From Tricharina praecox (Eukaryota), in assembly GCF_024521635.1 (NCBI RefSeq), contig NW_026250420.1, positions 434,001 to 498,000 on the forward strand: DNA of 64,000 bases, in the 5' to 3' direction. Within the stretch, counting starts at the first letter, position 1; each line of letters opens with the position of its first letter. Below are positions 24,975 to 39,853 of this stretch, one piece after another. The notes under the pieces were generated by a model. That model was not told where the DNA came from. It worked only from the letters and a program-made list of their open reading frames with translations, and made no database searches. Made by a program: the position numbers and the translations under genes.

Positions 24975-27917
24975 GATGTTGCCGTGATGTGTGTGCGGAG
25001 GTGCACCAGCCCTGCGCTACCACCAAAGGAAAAGTAGTGAGGGAGTAGTGAGGGGTTGTAAACAGAGCGCAGTGACACGTGGTGGTGGTGGTGGTGGTGG
25101 ATCGTGCAGCCCGTGCGGTGAGGTGGGATATGGTATTAACGTGGAGCGGAAACCGAGACCAGATTGAGTTGAGAGCGTGAACGATAAGTACTGAGTGGTC
25201 GGTGGGAGTAGTGTTAGGTGACGGGAGAGGGATGTTGAAGAAGATGGGGAGGAAGAGGAGGAGGAGGTTCGGATCGATTCGTTGGTTGTTGAGTTGTGCA
25301 GCGCTAGAGTAGTTGAACCGCAAGCAGGGTGGATACCGCGGCGATGACAGATGGCGGCAAAGAGAAGAAGCTGGCGGATTTCTCTGCGGATAAGTTGATG
25401 AACGAGAGGGAAGAGAGTGGAGTGAGAGAAGAAGATGTGTATAAGCGCAAGAAAGAAGTTGTTCACTTTGACGTGGTGGATGCCTGGGGTGCGGTGTAGT
25501 GGTGCAGTGCAGGTCTTTGCTCTACTCTGCACTCTAGTTCTCGGTAGGAAAAAGAATAAGATCTGTTTGACCGACGCCGACACGGGCCACGAGCTTTTGC
25601 TTGGCTTGGACAGAAGTCTGCTTCGACTTCCTTTGATTCTTCCTCACCAGTATTTAACTATCCCCGCCGGCGAATAATACATAGAGCCACCTACCCGCTT
25701 CTGTGATTCTGTCCGCCTACATCACCGTCATCGTACTCCCACCTCCAAGCAACCAGTCCCACCCTCGACGTGTTGTCCCTCCCCTCCCCCTCCCCCTCCC
25801 CCTCCCCGTCCTCCTCCAATCCCAGGACAAGGCAGCATCGGAGAGCCAACACATCCATCTTCCCCTCCCGAGCATCCCCATCGCAGCCCCACCATAGATA
25901 AATCGGATCGCAAAATGAAATGGCGAATGAAAAATGAAAGGAGGCACAACGAAGAAGTAAGAAGTAAAAACCAGTTGTAGGCAGGTTGAGAACCCCAGAT
26001 TAAACGGAGAAAACTGTAAATAAGTTCTTCTTAATAGTAGAAACTGGTGCCGACAGTAATAACAGATAAAGATTCAGTTTTTTTTACACTTCCGGCTAGC
26101 ATCCACCCGTATCGTCCAATTCTATGTAGATAACCCGCGCTGAAAATCCATCTCAGCGACATGAGTGTTCCTTAATACCGGTCGCCCGCTGGGGGATCTC
26201 TACATATCATGCTCTTTCAAAATGTCCACACAGATATCCTACCTACCGTAGTACTGACAAATAAACAGGTGGTATGGAATGACAACATTCGAAGGCGGCG
26301 GCTTGGCAGTATAGTACGCTTGGAGTGCACAGCGGCGGCGGCGGCTGTACTTCTGCACAGCAGCGGCGCCCGTATTTGGAGCATCTACGACTGTAGCCGA
26401 AAAAGCCAGGAATTTTGTATGTTCGATTTCAGATGCGGAGAGATATTCTGTAATAATCTCAGGCATAGTCGTCACCAAAAGCCGTGATGTTGAACCGTTT
26501 CCATGCAGTATTTTGGTGCGTTACATAGATGTTTTGGCCAGTGTCCCGACTCCCTAGACTTTCGTCACTAGCCTTCTAGAAGCCACAGGTGCCGTGCGCT
26601 TTATCTAGATCTACAGTTACTCGTGGCAGGTATTTGGACCTTGGTACGTATCCGGATATATATGCAGCCTTTTCCTGAGCATAAAGCCTTTCCTTTCCTT
26701 TCCTTTCCTTAACCAACAGTTTTCCATCCCGGGTGTCCAGCTCAAGCAAAAATCTTCAGCGCAGTAAAATAAACTCCGGATACCTGCTTTATGCCACGGG
26801 TAGACGTTGGATAAGCGGCTACTCTACCCTACCCGGGCAAAACCATAGATCCAATGCCACATTATCGGTCGCCCGGGTAACAACTCCCCTTCTACGAAGG
26901 TCTATGCTAGGTTAAAAAGCGCGCAGTGAAACTGTGAGAGACGAGGCGGAGCCTCAGTGGAGGGCGACGTTGTTTGACGCCCAGACTAGGAACTCTAGCC
27001 TAGACCTTGGTTGGAAAGGGCACTTTAGGCTTATCTATCTGATCATCCTCTAATTCACCATGCTTCGGTCTCTCAACGGCGCTCATATCGGTATATAGTC
27101 TCAGGCACATGTGTGAGTGAGCGGGGCCAGTTGGTCACTCACACGCCGACCACGATCTTCCAGACACATCACCAGCTACTCTAGATAGGCCCTTTCGGTT
27201 CCGACAGCGATTTCCCCGTTCCAGACACCGACTTCACCGTTCCAGACGCCCATCAGTCAGGATGTGCCTCTAACCTCACGGTGAGGGACATGATCCTCCA
27301 TTAAACATGATCGTCCATTAAGACTTGTTCTGTTTCTAGTTCAAACAAAAATGAAAAGGATAGATACGGTACTGAGATTTATTGGATTACTGTGTTGCCC
27401 TCACAACTCTTAACCACAGGCACTCGCCATGTCCCTTCTTCCTCAAGCTTATGAGGAGTGGACAGCTTTGGACATTCCTTCCTCCTCAGATTCTCCATGG
27501 CTTTTATACCCAAAACCGCAGAACCGGACACAGTAGAGTAAAACAGCAGACGCTCAAATTCGAACTAACCAAAGGGCAAGGTAAGGGTAAAGGTAAAGGT
27601 AAAGTAAATATAGCCACGAAACGGGAAACAACAACAAGCCCAATCCACGGTACGCCGGAGATAGATGACAAAAGTAACAGCAGCAGTAACAAAACGAGAA
27701 GAAGAGGAATGAATCACAAGTCAAGCATGTGCACCAGCAATATCGAAGAGAAAGAAAAGAAGAAAAAAGAAAACAAATCATAAACAGATCGCCTCCATAC
27801 ATGCGTCCCGGCGTTTCACCTCACCTTTGTCCAATGTGTACAGAGAAAAGACGGTCGATCCAGGTCCAATCAACGCTGAAAGAAAAAGGTAACGAAAAAG
27901 CAATAAAAATATCCATC

Positions 27918-29773
27918 CTACGGCCCGCCGCCGCCCTGCCATCCCGGATTCCACATGCCTTGGTTCATGTCTGCGAATCCCGCGCCCGGCGGCATTCCGC
28001 CCATGCCCATCGCCATGTTCCCCATCGCCATGTGCCCCATCGGCCCCATGCTGTTCATTGGAGCCATTTGCCCCATCGGCCCAGCATTCGGTACGTGTGT
28101 CGCCATCCCCGGGTATCCCATGCCGCCTCCAGCCATCACCATCCCCGGCGCCGGACCTCCCATCATCCCCGGGTTCATGATCTGCTGCGGAGCCATGCTC
28201 GTCTGCATTCCGTTCATGCCCGGACCGCTCACGCTCACGCTCATCCCCATACTTGTCGCTATTCCCATCTGTCCCACCATATGCCCTTGCTGTTGGAGAT
28301 GCTGTTGTTGCTGCTGTTGCTGTTGCTGCTGGGCACGCTGCATCATGAGCTGTCTCTGCTGATGCTGTTGTAGCTGGGCATATTGTTGCTGCTGTTGCTG
28401 TTGGTGATGTGCCTGCTGTGCCTGCTGCTGTGCCTGCTGCTGTGCCTGTTGCTGTGCCTGCTGTTGGTGATGCTGCTGTGCCTGCTGCTGCTGCATCCGC
28501 GGGTCTTGTAACGGTGGCGACTGCGAGTGGGGATGGCCTTGGTACATCATCTGTTGCTGCTGCGATGTCGGCGATTGTTGTGGTTGCTGGTGTTGCGGTA
28601 GCGGCATCCCCACCATCACCGGCGGTGGCGGCGAGTGATGCTGATGCGATAGCATCTGCGGCGGTGGCGGTGACGACAAGTGGTGGTTCTCTCGTGGAGG
28701 AGTGCCATGGCTCGGCGGAGGCATTGAATTCAGTGGCGCACCTATCTGTCCCTGAGGCTTCGGCGAAGAATTCTGACCTGACCGCGGCGGACCGATCTGC
28801 GCGTTCTGGTGTTGCTGCGGCGGGTTCGCGGGATTGATGCCCGGGTACAGTTCCTGTAGTCTTTTGTAGAGTCCGTCCAGCCCAGGAATATCCGGGGGCG
28901 GCAGTAGCACACCGGGGCAGACTGGTATTAGCGCGGCGGGCTTGTGTGATCTATCCGCGATCGCGGCGAGGTAGGCAAGGTTGTTCTGCAGGCGTCGCAT
29001 ACATCTAGTGTTTCGCTCCGCCAATTGTCAGCCACATGCGCAGGCACCCCCGACCAGACGGCGCGCGCGTGCGCTCGGGATAGAAAAGGTTGTATACTCT
29101 CTGAAGACGGGATCATTTTTAGCCTCCTCCGGCGACTTCAACTTGGGCTGGACATTCAGCACTTCGCGCAGCAACTCGGCATTGATCTCGAGCAGTAGGG
29201 TGACGCGTTGTTTATCGAGCTGCAGTTCGTTCTGTTTCTCCATCGCCTTGTTCATCAATTGCTGCTGCTGCTGCGTCGCGATCGAGAGGGACGTGGACTG
29301 CTGCTGATGCGACGGCGCCGCCTGGCTGTGTTGGTGCTGCTGCTGGAGCTGGAGCTGCTGCTGGGTGGGACCTGCATCGAGTCAGTGTCGCCGCGGAGGG
29401 TGTGACATCGACTCCAGCGCCGCGGGCGGGGAATGGCCAGGCAGGGGCGATGGATGAATGCAATATGAATGAACGGGAGTTGTGTGTGCATTGTGCAGTA
29501 TAGTGAACAAGGTGGCGGATGCAGATCGGCGAGAAGAAAAAGGAGACGCCAAAAGCAAAAATACGCAAGGCCAACCACCCGACGCGGAACAGAGATGGAA
29601 TTGAACGATGAAAGCAAAAACGAAACGCGTGCACGACGTGGGCCGGCGAGGAGAGTTTACTCACGCTGTGGCGGGATTAGCAGCTGCTGACCCAGAGCAG
29701 CCTGGTTCGCCTGTAGCTGGGCCTGATACTGTTGAAGGTTCAGCGCGGCGCCGCCGGGGACAGTCATGCTCAT
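27918..29773 (-). CDS. SS18/SYT (SSXT-domain) family Q-rich protein, probable SWI/SNF-associated coactivator (~489 aa)
   Basis: Exons 29773-29665, 29371-29098 and 29004-27918. The spliced core LLLEINAELLREVL...FRECMRRLQNNLAYLAAIAD resembles the SSXT motif L..NL.YLA.IAD. Poly-Q tracts and an M/G/P-rich tail follow. Confidence 0.75.
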
Positions 29774-30448
29774 GCTCTTTGTTCCGAACTCAAACTCTGA
29801 TCCTAGGAGAGTTGAAGCGATCGATGGCTCGTGCGTGTGGGCGCTGGTCGTGTTGGTGATGGGCGAGGAGATTTGGATTTGGGGGTTTGGGTTTGAGTTC
29901 CTCGGCGTGGGTGGAGTGTGAAGTAGTAGTGGGTAAGAGGCGAGTGGTGTGGATGATGTCGGTTGGATGGTATAGAGACGGCGAGGCAAGACGACAGGCT
30001 GGGTTGGGGAAGTGTGTCGCGATCAGACGGTGATGATGGCGATGGTGCGGGTTTCGGGGCTGTCGCGTCTATTCGACATGGTCCTCTCTTCGTTCTATCT
30101 GTCCTCACGGGATTATATCACCTCCGATCGAGAGAAGTGTTTACAGCGACGACGACGGCACACGGCGTGATGGATTGAGAATTAATTATTGTGAGAAGCG
30201 CACTGACACATCCCTGCCGGCAATTCTTCTGCTCTGGAACAAGCCGCCAAGAAGTCGATTTGGGCTGCGTTCGAGTGAGAACACCAGAAACATCCCACTA
30301 CCGAAAACACGCAATCTACATAGCCCTACGAACGGAGAAGGAGGACGTCATCACTTTACCCGCTGCCCAATCATCGAGTCGCCACCATCGAGTCACCGGC
30401 AACCTACACACTCGTACCCACCAATCAGTTGTCCCGGAGTCGAACACC

Positions 30449-32502
30449 ATGAGCGACACTGGATACAGTCGTGGAGGCGGCGGCGGAAGCGGTGGTGGTG
30501 GATATGGACGCGGTGGAGGCGGCGGCGGACGTGGGCGCGGAGGCGGCGGTTGGAGAGGAAGGGGCGGCGGCGGTAGGGGAGGAGGAGGCAGAGGTGGAGG
30601 GCGTGGTGGAGAGGGCGGCGGTGAGGCATCTGCGGATGACAATCACGACGACTCAGCACCCCGCGCAGGCTCCACCGGAACCCACCAGGAGCTCGATAGC
30701 TTCCTCAAGCAAATCGACGGAGCGAACTACGGCCGATACAAAAACCTCCGGAGCCACTACAGATGGACGGAAGGTCTTCCGATAGAGCTGTTCGTCGACC
30801 ACGTCCAGGGAGATCCGTATGCTGCTCCGTCCAGGTTTCGTGCCCGGCTTCCCATGAGCGCAACTGGAATTCCCATGGAGGTATATGGAAACAGCGCTCG
30901 GTAGGTCTACATATCCGAGTGAGATCAGTGGGCGAGGGTTGACTGATATGCGATAGTGTCATTGCATTCACGGACTACGTGAACCGTCAGATCGTCTCGC
31001 TCGTAAAACAGTGGCGTCTGGACATCGCGGGGTCTTCCGGAGGCTACCACGGACCGAAAGGTGGAGATTTCGACATCTACAAGCCCAGACAGCAGATCCT
31101 CGAGCGCTCCAGCTGCGTCCTTCTCGGTCTCGATGCGGAAGCTGAGGGAGACGGAGGTTATCCATGCCTTGAAATCAGATTTTCCGTTACTCTACCAGCC
31201 CACGGCCGAAGCATCAATGGCACCAAAGTCCACGAGCTTTTGATTACTCACTTACCGCAGATCATCGATAAGGGGTTCCTGTGGAGCAACCAAGACGAGC
31301 AGAAGGTGTGGAAACATCTGAGGACCGCCGAGCTACAGGACGCACTCCGGAATAGTCTTGCGGAGAAGGGATTACTGGCGTTTGTGGGCAACGGTTCAGT
31401 CCTCCCCCGAGCCAGTGGTGCCGCTCCTGGTCCGATGACAGAAGGCGTCGTGGAGTTCCAGAGCCCCAAGAGCCTGGAAGTCACCATCGACACCTCGATC
31501 CTGTCCGAAGACGGCACTCCAATCTCTGTCACGGGTATGGGTATCCCGCGTGGAATAGTGGTCATCACCGGTGGAGGCTTCCACGGAAAGTCCACACTCC
31601 TCGAAGCGATACAGTTCGGAATCTACAACGTGATCCCCGGTGATGGACGGGAGCTGGTAGTCATCGAGCACAACGCGTACAAAGTCCGCGCCGAAGACGG
31701 CCGGAACGTCGTATGCACTGACATCACCCCCTTCATCAGCGAGCTTCCCGGCGGAAAATCCACCTCATCCTTCTCCTCTCAGGACGCATCCGGCAGCACT
31801 TCGATGGCAGCCAACATCCAGGAGGCCCTCGAAGTTGGTGCGACCACTTTGATCATCGACGAAGACACCTCCGCCACGAACTTCCTCATCCGCGACCACA
31901 AGATGCACGAGCTAGTCCGGAGCGAACCCATTACGCCCCTCGTCTCCAAGGTATCCGCACTATTCACCGAGCACGCCGTCAGCACCGTCATCGTCGTCGG
32001 CGGCTGCGGCGACTACCTCAGCCCCGCAACGACCGTGATCGGCATGGAATCCTACCTCCCCCAAGACTGGACGTCTCGCGCGCGCGCCATCTCGGAGAAA
32101 TACCCCAACGCCGCGCCGACCGCGCCGACCTACGGCGCGATCCCCTGCCGCACCCTGACCATTCCCTCCGGAGCCCTTGGCGACCGACAGCCGATCCCCA
32201 AGGGCGTCGACAAGATCGTGATCCGTGCTGGCCGCAACGACGACGACGCTGAACTCGACACCTCGGCACTCGAGCAGTTCGTCGAGGAGGGCCAGACCAC
32301 GCTCGCCGTCCACGCCCTGCAGTCCATACAGAGGAACTCCGCCGGTCTTACCGCACAGGCTTGGGCCAACATGTTTGCCGAGCGCCGTGTCAACATCTCG
32401 CGTGACCCCATGCCGAGAGGAAATATCGCGGCCGCGAGACCGCTCGAGTTGCTGGCGGTCGTCAATAGACTGAGGGGATTGCAGGTGCGAAAGGTCAGTT
32501 GA
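30449..32502 (+). CDS. ABC-class ATPase of the prokaryote-like 'ABC_ATPase'/MRB1590 family with N-terminal RGG tract (665 aa)
   Basis: Exons 30449-30900 and 30957-32502 (GTAGGT..CTGAT..TAG). Motifs DHVQGDPYAAPSR, QQILERSS, AFVGNGSVLPRASG, Walker A GGGFHGKST, RAEDGR, DASGSTSMAANIQEALE and Walker B LIIDEDTSATNF. No transmembrane segments. Confidence 0.88.
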
Positions 32503-34474
32503 GCTGGGACGCCCTTTGAGATTTTCTTTGTAACCCTGTAGCATTAATGACAAAAAAGTATACCACGTCTTCGTCTTCCACGGTGAACAAACGAGTGCTG
32601 AGTAGCGGTTCGCAACTACTACCGCCAGCAAAAAAGGTTTCTCTAGCTCCAGAGGGGGATGATGCGGAATCGGAAGGCACTAAAGATATTCTGTAATAGG
32701 CTTACCCGTCGTATACTTATAGCCGTACGTTCTCGTTGCTGGCGAGACGGCTGCTGCTGAACCGGTGATGGGGGAATTGTGGGTGTGCTTACGGTGGACA
32801 GACGATAACTAATGTACCTACTATAGTGGCTGGCGACGGTGGAGGGCAGTAATGAATAGCATCTCCACTCATACCGACGTACCGATAGTTCAATAATCCA
32901 TGATGTGAATAACCGGCGAGTGCGAGCGTGTGAGTGAGTCGGCACATGAGGATGAAGAGGATGCAAGCAAGGAAGGTGAAGGTCTGTTTGTTGTCTGCAC
33001 TTCTGCTCCTAACGATAATATCTTATTATGTTCGCCCTGGCGGCGCACTTCCCAGTCCCAGTCCAGTTCAGTCCGGCCTTCAAGTGCCGATAAGCCCACT
33101 GCTCAGTGCCCACCATCCAGCTGTTTCATGGGCAAGGCAAGGCAGGGCAAGCACCCACCACCAGACAGGTGATCACGGAAGACGGGCGCAGAAGATCTAT
33201 GCATTCCAACCGCATCCTCCGCCAGAGCAGAGCACTGAAACCGAAGACCGGATCGAGTAGGCGTACGTAGACTCTAGAGTCGCGGCACTGCGCGCACACA
33301 CACAGCAGCAGTGTGCACGATTCAACTCAGCCACCCGCGGTGCGGTGAGCTCCAGCATCGCGGATACGCAGGGGCGTGCCACGGTGCCAGACCCCACGGT
33401 GCCCACGGCCCCCACCTGGAGCCATCTTGCGCTGATCGTACATACCGAAGTACATACCAGGAGGACTTGTACAGTTGCGCAGTTGCACGCCCGTAGATAG
33501 TAGGCTTACAGTAACGATCTCCGCTCTTCTCCTTCACGTAGAGCTCGGTAGAGTAGCTACATCGCTCGGTATGTAGATGTGTGCTTGCCCACCATCACCT
33601 TCCACAGCAAACAGCAGCAGCAGTCCCGAACGCTGAAGTGAATGACCCACGCACCCATCGACCCCATATCGAAACTCCACATACTGTGCGCCCGAGGCGC
33701 TTTGAGGATCTCGCCGCTCGCCCCTCGTCTCCGTCTCGACGAGTAATCGCACCTACACACTGCGATGCTGGTACATAGATCGTCAGAGCCAGTCACACGT
33801 CACACGGAGGATATGTATGCTCGGCAGGCAGGTACGGTAGGTAGATCCTCAGAGCTCTATCTATCCAGATCCTCAAACTCGACCCTACCACCCGCCACGA
33901 GCTCTGACGCGGGGGCTTTTCGAACCACTGGTTCACCACTTAGAGCTAGGTATGTAGCGATTCGAGACGTGCCATCTTCGGATCTGACGGGATTTCATTC
34001 AATTCCGCTTTCTAACTCCTCGAAATTTCTCGCAGACAGCCAGTCTAGCTGTAGCATAGCATCGTGCAGACAGACAAGAACTTCAGAAGCAACCCGAACA
34101 GACACTGAACACTGAAGAGAACTGATACAGGGTACACAATTCACCATGAGCACAATGTGAGACGCAGAAAGATTACCCCAGGCTATAATACAGTAGACTG
34201 CACCCTGTACTGCAAACAAAAAAAGAGAACAAGCAGGTAAAAACAAAACAAGACACCCGTATACCCAGAACCGTTTCGTTTCATTGCACAAACAAGTAGC
34301 AGCCAGAAAAAAAGAACACCCACGTAAAAGGAACCATGTTAACGAGGAAAGAAAATTGAAGACCAGTTTTAAGCCCACTCCGATCACACTTCCATCTCCC
34401 AGAACAAGTATGCGACCCAATACAGGGAAACATGTCATACCAAGAAAAAGAGGCGAGATCGAACTAGAAAACTA

Positions 34475-36621
<2,147 letters not shown>

Positions 36622-38091
36622 ACGCTTTCCGGTCCGGTTTCCCGTGCATCGTCTTTTTTCTTCCAGCAAACAGGTGTTCATATGAGATAATGGCTTTTTT
36701 TTACTGTCTCTGGTCTGGGTTCTTGGAATTAGGGTGTCTTTCTTGATTGTTCGAACTTTTTTTTTTCTTCTTGCTGTATTATATACACTTAGCGATGGGT
36801 GCGGACGTGATTTTCCCACCCACTTGAAAGAGTGACAGAGTCATTACGCGGAATCATACGGTGTTGTCTAAAACAAATCGAGGCGAATCGTGACACTGTT
36901 TACGTTTCGAAATTGTGGGTCTGAAATAAGACACAAACCTTCTGTTCCCTACAAGCGCGCCGCCGGCCGGAGGCCTCCTGTTGCCGGTACGTACCGTATC
37001 CTTGGAAGCGAAGAAGCCATTGCGCAAACCCTTCAATTGAACCCGGCGTGAAAAGGAAAGAAAAGTCTGCAGCTTGGGTTCCTTCCTTCCTTCCTCCTTT
37101 CCGACGTCCATTAGCACCGTAGCCGAACAAGCTACCATGTTCCCGTTTGAGGATCTAGATCATCCGATCGAGCACCTTCCACACGTGCGATGGATGGGTG
37201 GCTATATGGGCTGTATCGAGGATCCAGACGCGACTCGGGTCGTCAAGAACACACAGGACAAACGCAAACGCAAAGACAACGCACGTACTACGTAGTGTGT
37301 ACCTGTGCATGATGCGGCACGCCAGGTAGATTCTCGTGCTGGCTGACGACACGCGTTGGTGATTGGTACGCTAAAGGTAGGTACGGCCGCTCCGCGCCGG
37401 AATTTTGTGAAGTCATGGGTATCACTCGTGTTTTCGGCGGAGATGGAATTGGGTGCTGGTGGTGAGTTTCAGGTTGCCCTGAGGCTCTAATGCGATGTAG
37501 ATGGTGGTCTTTCTACGGTGGGCTGTGAAGAGGGCAGCTATGGAAGCGCTGGTAGTCATGAGTGTGTGACTGTGGAATCGGGTTTGTTCATGGAAACAGC
37601 AGGTTGAACGTAGAGCTTGCGTGGACTTTGTGGTGGTATGACTCGTCGGATAGATGAATGTTGCCAAATTGGTTTGTATGGCTCATAGGAATATCAAGCA
37701 TCAGTTTGGAACTGCTTATAGCCCTTGGAAGACGGAAATCGACTCGGATTTGAGTCGTCGGAAAGTAACGTGGGATTTCGAGTGATATATTATGCTACTC
37801 TACTCGCGGGATACGATCGGCTACTCTCCGGTGACGTCGAAAGCTCATACCGCTCCACACCATACGGCTCACTTGTAATACACAAGTCGATGTACTTAAA
37901 GACACACTTGTAACTTTTTCGTTTGTAGTAGCGAGTGATATCTACCAGTCGGGTTTGGCGTTCTGCTTTCTCCTAACGGGTGATGATAGGGGCTTTGAGC
38001 GAAGAGTGGCTAGCAGACAGGACTACTCTAGACGTAGAAACTGAAGCAGACACCAACGTATGATCAAAACTAGAAAAATATGTACCGGTCA

Positions 38092-38172
38092 TAACCACGA
38101 CAGGATTCGAACCTGCCGAAGTGTGCCAAGACACATGCGAATCTCTCTCCTTAACCACTCGGACAGAGTGTC
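38092..38172 (-). pseudogene. tRNA-Ser-like pseudogene / tRNA-derived Pol III element
   Basis: Minus strand GACACTCTGTCCGAGTGGTTAAGGAGAGAGATTCGCATGTGTCTTGGCACACTTCGGCAGGTTCGAATCCTGTCGTGGTTA. The Ser-type D-arm/A-box and T-arm/B-box are intact and a T5 run follows shortly downstream, but the acceptor and anticodon stems do not pair. Confidence 0.65.
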
Positions 38173-38345
38173 GCGAAAAAACCGCTCCGAAAATTATCAA
38201 ACCTTATCAAGATAAACATGGTACTCGGCTAGATAGTGGAAGTTGTATCGTAACATCACTCCACGTGACTTCTCCACCCAACGCCTTCGCGTCACCTTCC
38301 CAAGGCCCCCTCGCATCCCCTCCATATCCATTCCTCGCATCCACC

Positions 38346-38658
38346 ATGACCCCGCCGACAGCAGCACGTACCCGTCCGATCGAACCCTTTGCCAAAGCCG
38401 TCGCCGCCTGCTCTGTCGAGGTATAATCTCCCATTTCCCGCGATCATCTGGCCCCCCACTGACACGGAAAGGCGTCGGCATACGGGAAATGTATCTTTCG
38501 AGATTACAACAACGTCTCGAAGGATATGTGCTTACAGGATTTCATGAGGCTGCGCGAGTGTGTTACCGTAAGTCATGAATTGGCAGAGGGGGGGTGGGAC
38601 GGCTGAAGGGACGGCTGACGTGACGGGGTGGGGACAGGGGAAGTTGAAGAAACGGTAG
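38346..38658 (+). CDS. NDUFAF8: Twin CX9C microprotein, NDUFAF8-like complex I assembly factor (63 aa)
   Basis: Exons 38346-38420, 38472-38567 and 38638-38658. Translation MTPPTAARTRPIEPFAKAVAACSVEASAYGKCIFRDYNNVSKDMCLQDFMRLRECVTGKLKKR has two C-x9-C motifs and an AAC..EA.AYG.C...SKD.C..F..LR.C pattern. Confidence 0.8.
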
Positions 38659-39853
38659 TGGTGGTGGTGATGGACGGCGCTTGCTCCGTGGGTTGAGGGG
38701 GGAGGGGTGAGGATGAGGGGCTATGGAAGAAACAGATAATTTTCTTTTCCCGTCTTCACTTTCCTGTGCTTCTGGGGGATGATGGAGGGGCGAGAGTGTT
38801 CGCATGAAATACTTCTCTCAATATCGGATCTTCGCCGTGCCGGTGCGAGGATGAAGGGGTATGTAGATACTCGAGGGAGACCTACTGCAGGTCCTGCCTG
38901 AGATCTCACCCGCAAATAGCTACGCTCAGCTCAGCTCGACAAGCTCACGCTCATCCGGCTTTGCGGAGAGCTATTGGCGATGTACCGAGCTGTGAAAAAT
39001 GAGATATCTCCCGTGCGTGGTCACACCCTGATAGAGTAGTAAGCCGAGATGTTCGTGCGTGTTGGGCAAGATGGGCTGTGGCGCGAGATGTGGCTATGGC
39101 GCAGTTCCGGCTGCGCCTGCCAGCGATGCCGACACGCTTCGCAGAGCTCACAGGACTAGGTGGCTGCGGATATGCACCTATGCCTTTGTAAATTGCTGCT
39201 TTGCGAGGTACATACTATCTCGATGCTGAAGTAAGAATCTAGGCGCTTCTTTGGAAGTTGGGAGCAACTGTGGGTGGGTGGGTGGTGGTGGGTGGATACA
39301 GTAGGGCTGGCTTCTCGCTCGCCATAGGCCATCCCCCCGCCTCGCGCGACATCATTCACATTCCTGGAACCATACCACGCCCCCCCGTCATCATCTTAAA
39401 CCCCTCCTCCACAAAACAACCCTTCCCCCTCCTACCTCACTTTCCCAATTTCTGCAGAATAGCACCCATCGAACCTCCGAAGAATCAACAGCTCTTGCCT
39501 GACAGCGTAACTCGATAAATCGCTTCCGCTTTAGTTGTACCTCGACGGCTGCCCCTCTTCACCCTCGCCCGCCTCCTTGTTCGAGTCGTCAACCACTACA
39601 ACCACTACAACCACCACCAAGCAACGCAACTCGCACCACGTGCCCCCCGCATCACTCAGAGAAAGAAAGAAAGGGCGAGAGAAAGAGCCTCGTTCGAGAT
39701 TCCGCCGTTTTCGCTACCGCTTGCCTCCTCCAGGAAATACCGAAGATCACCAGCCACAACCCGAGTATCTACCAACCACCAAACACCCAACCGCCAACCA
39801 TCAACCACCACACCCAGCCAATACCAAGCAGAAGCTACTGCAGATAAGCGAAT

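Noticed and set aside
24975..25323. N-terminal extension of the 1135-aa ORF-track J-protein
   Set aside because: It starts at TTG with no Met and reads through an intron. The real J-domain helix I is in another frame, starting at ATG 24974.
26640..27325. Possible transposon-end remnants (CCCGGG repeats, tandem CATGATC.TCCATTAA, TTCCAGAC repeats)
   Set aside because: I could not define matching TIRs or a TSD.
37980..38044. Possible C/D-box snoRNA (GTGATGA...CTGA)
   Set aside because: No adjacent terminal stem, and no rRNA-complementary guide that I could recognise; likely chance.
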